DNA from: Candidatus Omnitrophota bacterium
Lineage (GTDB): Bacteria; Omnitrophota; Gorgyraeia; Gygaellales; Profunditerraquicolaceae
Direction: 5' to 3'
DNA: 64,000 nucleotides
NCBI GenBank assembly: GCA_018895075.1
Contig: JAHIOW010000066.1
Location: 913 to 64,912 of the forward strand
How positions within the stretch are numbered: the stretch's first letter is position 1; the number at the start of each line of letters is the position of its first letter. The position numbers and the translations under genes are program-made. The notes beneath the pieces were generated by a model that was not told the origin of the DNA, searched no databases, and saw nothing but the letters and a program-made list of their open reading frames with translations. Below, piece after piece: positions 58,265-64,000 of the stretch.

Positions 58265-58460
58265 GGAAATCTTCTCCCATCTAGACTTTGCATCCAATCC
58301 TATTTGTTGGATTGGTGTCCGCTTATGCGGAACTATCGGCTCTGGAATTGACCAGATCTACCCCACACCCAGAAACCCATAGCCTTATTTTTGCTGGCTG
58401 GGTGTGGGGCTCGCGGGCTAAACCGCCGGTCAGGACTTTCACCTTACCCCGAAGATTAAC
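58265..58460 (-). promoter_or_regulatory. FMN riboswitch (RFN element) in the ribBA leader, carrying a ~70-nt insertion in its variable P3 region
   Basis: Minus strand reads CUUCGGGGUAAGGUGAAAGUCCUGACCGGCGGUUUAGCCCGCGAGCC...CCGCAUAAGCGG...GGAUUGGAUGCAAAGUCUAGAUGGGAGAAGA. It matches the conserved FMN aptamer blocks (GGGCAGGGUGAAAUUCCCGACCGGCGGUAGUAAAGC... and GCCGACAGUGAAAGUCUGGAUGGGAGAAGGA). Confidence 0.8.
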
Positions 58461-58468
58461 TTTATACT

Positions 58469-58496
58469 ATTATAACAAAAAAACTTAGCTTGTCAA
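58469..58496 (-). promoter_or_regulatory. Sigma-70-type promoter of the rib operon (TTGACA-16-TATAAT)
   Basis: Minus strand TTGACAagctaagtttttttgtTATAATagtataaa. -35 maps to 58491..58496 and -10 to 58469..58474, immediately upstream of the riboswitch. Confidence 0.55.
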
Positions 58497-58529
58497 TGAT
58501 TTAAAAAACAATATAATATAAGTGAGACC

Positions 58530-58658
58530 ACAACTTAGCGAACACAAGTGAAGCTAAGTTGTAGGGTCGAAGTTATCCGCCTTCGGCGGATTAAATTCGC
58601 ACAAATAACTTACCTCGCTTTATTTAATAGAAAGCTCCGTAAGTTATGTGCTCATTTA
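58530..58658. repeat. Mosaic repeat element in inverted orientation (TCCGCCTTCGGCGGA-TTAAATTCGCAC; CATAACTTACC; CCGTAAGTTATGTGCTCATT)
   Basis: Reverse complement of modules seen at 52920, 53724, 56248 (TCCGCCGAAGGCGGA/GAATTTAA) and of AATGAGCA...CATAACTTACGG. The element abuts the cinA start codon. Confidence 0.55.
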
Positions 58659-59132
58659 ATGGAACACATATTAAATCAAATACATAGCCTGCTCATAAAA
58701 AATAAAAAAAAGATTGCTATAGCAGAATCCTGCACAGGCGGCCTCCTTTCTAATCTTCTGACCCGGATTCCAGGAAGCTCCCATTACTTTATTTTAGGAA
58801 TAGTTGCTTATAGTAATAAAGCAAAGGGAACTATTTTAAAAATCCCCGCTCCGCTGATCAATAAAAGAGGCGCGGTCTCAAAAGAAGTAGCCAAAAAGAT
58901 GGCTAAGGCAATCAGAAAGTTGGCTCAAAGCCACATCGGCATAGCTATAACTGGCATAGCTGGTCCAGGCGGCGGGACTCCCCAGAAACCAAAAGGCACA
59001 ATATTTATCGCTATAGATAGTAAGACAAAAAAAATCTCTGAAAGATTTATTTTTAAGGGTAATAGGCTTGCGGTGAGAAAAATAGCAGCATTAAAAGCCT
59101 TAAGGCTATTAAAGCGTGTACTTAAAAAATGA
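58659..59132 (+). CDS. CinA C-terminal domain protein (PncC-family nicotinamide-nucleotide amidohydrolase)
   Basis: IAIAESCTGGLLSNLLTRIPGSS motif. Start chosen at MEHILNQ (58659) rather than 58548, which would read through repeat sequence. Confidence 0.75.
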   Translation: MEHILNQIHSLLIKNKKKIAIAESCTGGLLSNLLTRIPGSSHYFILGIVAYSNKAKGTILKIPAPLINKRGAVSKEVAKKMAKAIRKLAQSHIGIAITGIAGPGGGTPQKPKGTIFIAIDSKTKKISERFIFKGNRLAVRKIAALKALRLLKRVLKK

Positions 59133-59701
59133 GGGTATTTATTGCTATTGAATTATCTGAAAGAACCCAAGGTTTTTTAAACCGGCTTCAAGAACAGTTA
59201 AAAAACTCACAGGCAGAGGTTACTTGGGTCAAACCGCAAAATATTCATCTCACCTTACAATTTTTAGGTGAAATTGATGATAAAAAAGTATCTCAAGTTA
59301 TAGGGCTTCTGGATAATGTGGCTGCCGACAAGAATGCTTTTTATATCCGTTTATCCGGTATAGGCGCTTTTCCAAAGATAAGTTTTCCCCGCATTATCTG
59401 GGTAGGAATCGATAAGGGAGATATAGAAACTAAACAAATAGCTAAGGATTTAGAAGAAGACGCAGCTAAGATAGGTATCTTTAAAGAAAATAAACCGTTT
59501 TCTTCTCATATCACCATTGGGCGGGTACGGTCGGCTTTAAACCGTAATGCCTTAGTGAAGAACTTAGATAATCTAGTAAATAATTTTCTAAAAGACGCAC
59601 CGGAATCACCTGTTAACAAAATCACCCTCTTTAAAAGTACCCTCACCCCCAAAGGCCCTATCTATGAAGTCATAAAAGAAGCATACCTTAAGACAAACTG
59701 A
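59129..59701 (+). CDS. thpR: RNA 2',3'-cyclic phosphodiesterase (2H family, LigT/ThpR)
   Basis: Two H-x-T-x motifs, HLTLQFLGE and HITIGRV. 190 aa. Confidence 0.8.
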   Translation: MRVFIAIELSERTQGFLNRLQEQLKNSQAEVTWVKPQNIHLTLQFLGEIDDKKVSQVIGLLDNVAADKNAFYIRLSGIGAFPKISFPRIIWVGIDKGDIETKQIAKDLEEDAAKIGIFKENKPFSSHITIGRVRSALNRNALVKNLDNLVNNFLKDAPESPVNKITLFKSTLTPKGPIYEVIKEAYLKTN

Positions 59702-60129
59702 AGGATAATATTGGTATATAATCCTGCTATGATATCATCGCCCATTATTCCCATGCTGCCCCTTATACCTTGAATCTTGTTTGCCGGATATGGCTTTAGC
59801 GCATCTAATATACGGAATAAACAGAAAGCAAGAATTACTACTTTTATGCCATAAGGTATAAATATAAGGCTTAAAAACATACCTGAGACCTCATCTATTA
59901 CAATGCATTTTGCATCTTTTTTGTTGAATATTCTCTCTGCCTGGCCAGCTACCAGAAATCCTATAACCATCAACGCTAAAGTAGATAGTATATATATAAA
60001 AATACTGCCTTTAACCAAGTAAAATAATAACACGCCCACTATACTGGCAGCCGTACCAGGTATCAAAGGTAGATAACCCACATAGAAAAATGTACTTAAG
60101 GTCTTGATGATAGGATTACGGATATTCAT
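59662..60129 (-). CDS. pgpA: Phosphatidylglycerophosphatase A
   Basis: GTAASIVGVLLFYL... and MGIMGDDIIAGLY, PgpA family. Confidence 0.8.
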   Translation of the reverse strand: MNIRNPIIKTLSTFFYVGYLPLIPGTAASIVGVLLFYLVKGSIFIYILSTLALMVIGFLVAGQAERIFNKKDAKCIVIDEVSGMFLSLIFIPYGIKVVILAFCLFRILDALKPYPANKIQGIRGSMGIMGDDIIAGLYTNIILQFVLRYASFMTS

Positions 60130-60141
60130 TGGGCTTTTAGA

Positions 60142-60720
60142 TTAAAACTTAGTAATTATCTTACGGTTTTCCCAAAGATAGGAGAGGCCTGAGTAAAGGG
60201 TAATTGCGACGGTAAGCAACATAAGCAAATATATGCCCTGACGGAATAACTTTTCTCCGGCAGGGTTCCAGGTAAAGAATGTTAACATCACTTCTTTTGA
60301 AACAATAAATCCCAATATCGAGAATATAACTACCATCTGAGATAGGGTCTTGTGTTTTCCTATCTTGCTTGCCGATAATACCTTGCCTTTATTAAGGGCA
60401 AACAATCTTAAAGAAGTGATTAATATTTCACGCGATATAATGATTACAAACATCCAGGCCTCAATTAATTGCATCTGCACAAAAGCTGCAAATGCCGCCA
60501 ATACCAAAATTTTATCTGCAATGGGATCCATAAGTTTTCCAAAATCAGTAACCATGTTTTTCTTATGTGCAATCCTGCCATCAAAAAAATCTGATAGGGC
60601 CGCGAATAAAAAAATCAAAAGGCTTGTAACCTTAGCCCAAAGCCCATGGCAGAATAAAAAGAACATAAACACAAAGGTAAGAATAATCCTCAGGATAGTT
60701 AACCGGTTAGCAATGTTCAT
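60142..60720 (-). CDS. pgsA: CDP-diacylglycerol--glycerol-3-phosphate 3-phosphatidyltransferase
   Basis: CDP-alcohol phosphatidyltransferase motif DFFDGRIAHKKNMVTDFGKLMDPIADK. Confidence 0.85.
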   Translation of the reverse strand: MNIANRLTILRIILTFVFMFFLFCHGLWAKVTSLLIFLFAALSDFFDGRIAHKKNMVTDFGKLMDPIADKILVLAAFAAFVQMQLIEAWMFVIIISREILITSLRLFALNKGKVLSASKIGKHKTLSQMVVIFSILGFIVSKEVMLTFFTWNPAGEKLFRQGIYLLMLLTVAITLYSGLSYLWENRKIITKF

Positions 60721-61969
60721 TTAAGTAGACCTCCCCTACTAAATCGTATTCTAGGCTATCAGTAATCTTTACTTTTACAAAGTCACCCGGCCTTAATTCT
60801 TTTTTAGAATGCACATAAACCAGGCCATCAACTTCAGGGGCATCGTATTGGCTACGGCCTAAATAAAAACCTTCTTGCCGCTCGTCTATTAAGACATCGA
60901 TGACCCTGCCTAATAATTTTTTATTGAAATCTTGGGAAATTTTCTGCTGTTCTAGCATTAGGGTATTGAAACGCTCTGTCTTGATTTTGTGCATAATCTG
61001 CTTTCCAAAATTATAGGCAGGTGTGCCTTCTTCACGAGAATAGATAAAGGCGCCCAGCCTCTGGAACTTCACATCTTTGATAAATTCAAGTAATTCTCTG
61101 AATTCCCTATCTGTCTCGGAAGGGAATCCCAATATAAACGAAGTCCTGATTGCCAGATGAGGAATCTTTTTTTTAATCTTTTCAATGAGCATCAAGATAT
61201 CTTTCTTCCTCGTATGGCGGTGCATTAATCTCAATATACGGTCATTTATGTGCTGAAGAGGTAAATCAATATATTTGCAAATCTGAGGACAATCTTTAAT
61301 CAATTCTAACAATTCATCACTGAGACGGTTAGGATATAAATAAAGGAGCCTGATCCAGCCGATATTTTTGACTCTCTTAATTATATTGTTTAGAAGTTTA
61401 GGTAACATTTCGGTCTTATATAAATCCATACCGTATCCGGTAATATCTTGGCCCACGATATTTACTTCCGCAACTTTATCTCTATCAAACCCCTCTATTC
61501 TATCGAGTATGGAATCCATATCAAGACTAACAAATCCTGGCTTTATCTTAGGTATAATACAGTAACTACAATTATTTATGCAGCCTTCAGCAATCTTTAA
61601 GTATGTATAATGTTTAGGAGTTATAGAAAACCTCCTGGAGTCGTGATTCAAGGAAACCGTCCCTACGAAGACATCGACTTCGGGTAACGCCTTTGCCAGT
61701 TTGTCTTTATAACGCTGGGTGAGACACCCATAGGCAATTATCTTTTTAAGTTTGCCCCTCCTCTTTAAATCAATTAAATCTAATATGGCATCGATAGATT
61801 CTGCCTTTGCATCTTCTATAAAGGCACAGGTATTTACGATAGCGATATCCGCCTTATTCATATCTACAATACGATACCCTTTAAAAGCTAACCTGCCTAA
61901 AATACCTTCGGAATCAACTATATTCCTGGGGCAACCTAGACTCAATATTCCAATCTTGCATTTTCCCAT
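60707..61969 (-). CDS. rimO: Ribosomal protein S12 methylthiotransferase (radical SAM MTTase, RimO-like)
   Basis: MTTase N-domain KIGILSLGCPRNIVDSE, radical SAM CINNCSYCIIP, C-terminal TRAM domain. Confidence 0.8.
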   Translation of the reverse strand: MGKCKIGILSLGCPRNIVDSEGILGRLAFKGYRIVDMNKADIAIVNTCAFIEDAKAESIDAILDLIDLKRRGKLKKIIAYGCLTQRYKDKLAKALPEVDVFVGTVSLNHDSRRFSITPKHYTYLKIAEGCINNCSYCIIPKIKPGFVSLDMDSILDRIEGFDRDKVAEVNIVGQDITGYGMDLYKTEMLPKLLNNIIKRVKNIGWIRLLYLYPNRLSDELLELIKDCPQICKYIDLPLQHINDRILRLMHRHTRKKDILMLIEKIKKKIPHLAIRTSFILGFPSETDREFRELLEFIKDVKFQRLGAFIYSREEGTPAYNFGKQIMHKIKTERFNTLMLEQQKISQDFNKKLLGRVIDVLIDERQEGFYLGRSQYDAPEVDGLVYVHSKKELRPGDFVKVKITDSLEYDLVGEVYLNEHC

Positions 61970-62694
61970 TATCGCCCAATACTTATACCTTCCTTAGTAA
62001 TCAAGATGTTCTTAAGGACCTGACCCCTTCTGCCTAAATTGGAGATAAGTTTACCATTTACTTCTAGATCCACTACCCCGGCATTGCCTAAAGAAAGTTC
62101 TATCTTGCTTTCTGCCTCCCAATTCTCAAATCTACCCTTCTTTAAGACGCTTTGAAAGACAACCTTACCATCAGTCTTTAATTGTATCCAGCAATCTTCT
62201 TTAGCGCGTATGAGCAATCTAATAGCTGTAGGAATAGGCGTCTGGGGCAATTTGACTGACTGATCCGCCAATCCCGCCTTTTTAGATACTGGCCTGGACT
62301 TAGAAGAGATGTTTTTTCCCAAATTAAATAAGCCAATACTGGATATAAGTATTAAAACAACTACAAAAACTATCTTTTTTATATATATTAAGTTCGGGGG
62401 TGTTATTTTTAAAAGATTTGCCTTAAATAATGATGTAGATTCTTTTCTCTGGTATACAGGCCGCATACCTTGAGTTTCCCTGTAATCTGATATATAATCT
62501 CGGGGGTCTACGCCTAAGAATTTACAGTAAATTTTTAAGAATCCTTTTATATATATCGGGTTTAAGTTTAGGAAACTGTCTTCTTCTATGGCCTTCAAAA
62601 TATCTAAATGGATCCTTGTCTTTTTATGGACTTCTTCAAGAGGAATCCCTTTTTCTAAGCGTAATTTTTTAAGCCTTACTCCGGCTGATTCCAT
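61969..62694 (-). CDS. rodZ: RodZ-like cytoskeleton protein (N-terminal XRE-type HTH, TM, C-terminal DUF4115)
   Basis: HTH LRLEKGIPLEEVHKKTRIHLDILKAIE. Single TM. C-terminal domain CWIQLKTDGKVVFQ... Confidence 0.7.
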   Translation of the reverse strand: MESAGVRLKKLRLEKGIPLEEVHKKTRIHLDILKAIEEDSFLNLNPIYIKGFLKIYCKFLGVDPRDYISDYRETQGMRPVYQRKESTSLFKANLLKITPPNLIYIKKIVFVVVLILISSIGLFNLGKNISSKSRPVSKKAGLADQSVKLPQTPIPTAIRLLIRAKEDCWIQLKTDGKVVFQSVLKKGRFENWEAESKIELSLGNAGVVDLEVNGKLISNLGRRGQVLKNILITKEGISIGR

Positions 62695-62707
62695 ATGTCC
62701 AGCGAGC

Positions 62708-64000
62708 CTACCCTCCGCTCTCTTTTTGCATTATCTCTTGCTCAAGCCAGGCCTCTCTATCGACCAATATCTTGCGAGGCTTGCTCCCCTCAAAGGGCCC
62801 GATAAGGGTTTCCTGCTCCATCGTATCAATAATCCGGGCAGCGCGTGTATAACCGAGGCGTAAGCGCCTCTGGAGTATTGATACCGAGGCCTGATTGCTT
62901 TCCATAATAATCCTTACTGCTTCGTCATAGAGTTCATCTTTTTCTCCCTGCGCCAAAGCAGACTTAGATTGTTCTTTTAGGATTTCCTCATCATAGGATG
63001 GCTCTGCCTGAGACTTAATAAAATCTACTACCCTGGAGATTTCTTTATCGGTAACCAGTGAGCCTTGGGCCCGGATTAATTTTGACTCTCCCGGAAGCAA
63101 AAATAGCAAATCGCCTTTTCCTAAAAGTTTATCTGCGCCGTTGCTATCTAATACTGTACGTGAATCTACCTTAGAGGCAACCTTAAAAGATATGCGTGCA
63201 GGAAAATTCGCCTTGATCACTCCCGTGACCACATTTACTGAAGGCCTCTGGGTAGCTAAGATCAGATGAATGCCCACTGCGCGCGAGAGTTGCGCCAGGC
63301 GGGTGATAGCGTTTTCAATCTGGTCTCGGGCAACCACCATCAGGTCAGCGAGCTCATCAATAATCACTATAATATAGGGAATCTTTTCTTGTTTCCCGTT
63401 ATAGATCTCAATATTCCTTGTTCCTGCTTTTGCGAAAAGCCGATAACGCTCTTCCATCTCATTTACCACCCAATTAAGGGCAAGCGATGCCTTCTTGGCA
63501 TCTGTAACTACCGGGCACAAAAGATGCGGCAGCCCATTAAAGGGTGCTAACTCTACCATCTTAGGGTCAACCATTAAAAGTTTCAATTCATGAGGCGCCA
63601 ATCTAAAAAGCATAGATAAAATTAAGGAGTTAACGCATACAGTCTTGCCAGAACCGGTAGTTCCGGCAATTAACAGATGCGGCATATCGCCTAAATCTGT
63701 CACCACTGATTGACCGGCAATATCCTTGCCTATGGCCAGGCTCAATCCTGATTTTGCTTCCTGGAATTCTCTGGATGTAAGTATTTCCTTTAAATAAACA
63801 AAACTGCTTTGCGTATTGGGAACCTCTACACCCACCCTGCCCTTTCCCGGTATAGGAGCGACAATCCTCACCGACTGGGCTTTCATGGTCAGGGCAATAT
63901 CATCACTTAGGGCGACAATACGATTTAATTTCACTCCCGGCGCAGGCTCAAGTTCATAACGGGTAATTACCGGTCCGCGCTCTATATCCGTAACTTTAAC
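62708..64000 (-). CDS. ftsK: DNA translocase FtsK (C-terminal motor and gamma domains; gene continues beyond window end)
   Basis: Walker A GTTGSGKTVCVN. C-terminal winged-helix gamma domain ILQRRLRLGYTRAARIID. The reading frame stays open upstream of Met 63934 to position 64000 (...VKVTDIERGPVITRYELEPAPGVKLNRIVAL). Confidence 0.85.
   Translation of the reverse strand, partial: VKVTDIERGPVITRYELEPAPGVKLNRIVALSDDIALTMKAQSVRIVAPIPGKGRVGVEVPNTQSSFVYLKEILTSREFQEAKSGLSLAIGKDIAGQSVVTDLGDMPHLLIAGTTGSGKTVCVNSLILSMLFRLAPHELKLLMVDPKMVELAPFNGLPHLLCPVVTDAKKASLALNWVVNEMEERYRLFAKAGTRNIEIYNGKQEKIPYIIVIIDELADLMVVARDQIENAITRLAQLSRAVGIHLILATQRPSVNVVTGVIKANFPARISFKVASKVDSRTVLDSNGADKLLGKGDLLFLLPGESKLIRAQGSLVTDKEISRVVDFIKSQAEPSYDEEILKEQSKSALAQGEKDELYDEAVRIIMESNQASVSILQRRLRLGYTRAARIIDTMEQETLIGPFEGSKPRKILVDREAWLEQEIMQKESGG

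Noticed and set aside
52860-58658. Possible CRISPR array given many similar repeats in the rib region
   Set aside because: The repeats are not regularly spaced and are separated by full-length genes. Copies occur in both orientations, and there are no cas genes. They are mosaic palindromic elements, not CRISPR repeats.

Overview
This 64-kb window is AT-rich (roughly 35-40% GC by eye) and almost every gene is on the minus strand. The organism looks like an uncultivated bacterial lineage. Reading right to left on the coding strand, the content is: (1) a type IV pilus and c-di-GMP module (partial pilC, an HD-GYP response regulator, two tandem PilB/GspE ATPases, a standalone MshEN domain, and a HAMP-GAF-GGDEF protein with a degenerate ADDEF motif); (2) a TIGR03960-like radical SAM gene followed by rodA, mrdA, mreD, mreC and mreB; (3) aroA, a coiled-coil membrane protein, rluD, lgt, lspA, a DksA/TraR-family protein and ileS; (4) mtnP, proC and yggS followed by a complete dcw cluster (mraZ through ftsA), with ftsA running directly into yggS and no ftsZ; (5) ribF, rbfA and nrnA with a 320-nt GC-rich structured element where truB normally sits; (6) cca, xerC/D, an MBL hydrolase, ligA and acyP; (7) a decayed integrated island next to tRNA-Pro(CGG), carrying a higher-GC PD-(D/E)xK nuclease, small accessory proteins, two tyrosine-integrase C-terminal pseudogene fragments and a HepT/MNT toxin-antitoxin pair; (8) a permuted rib operon (ribBA-ribH-nusB-PHP-ribD-ribE) under an FMN riboswitch with its own promoter and attenuator; (9) cinA-thpR (plus strand), pgpA, pgsA, rimO, rodZ and a partial ftsK. 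The most unusual signal is a family of at least 8 mosaic, multi-hairpin repeat elements. They sit in intergenic spacers, especially between every rib gene, and one hairpin module lies inside the FMN riboswitch itself. Their stems differ between copies by compensatory substitutions, which points to selection on structure. Short heptanucleotide tandem repeats also recur at several loci, some of them inside essential coding sequences. There is no CRISPR array and no rRNA.
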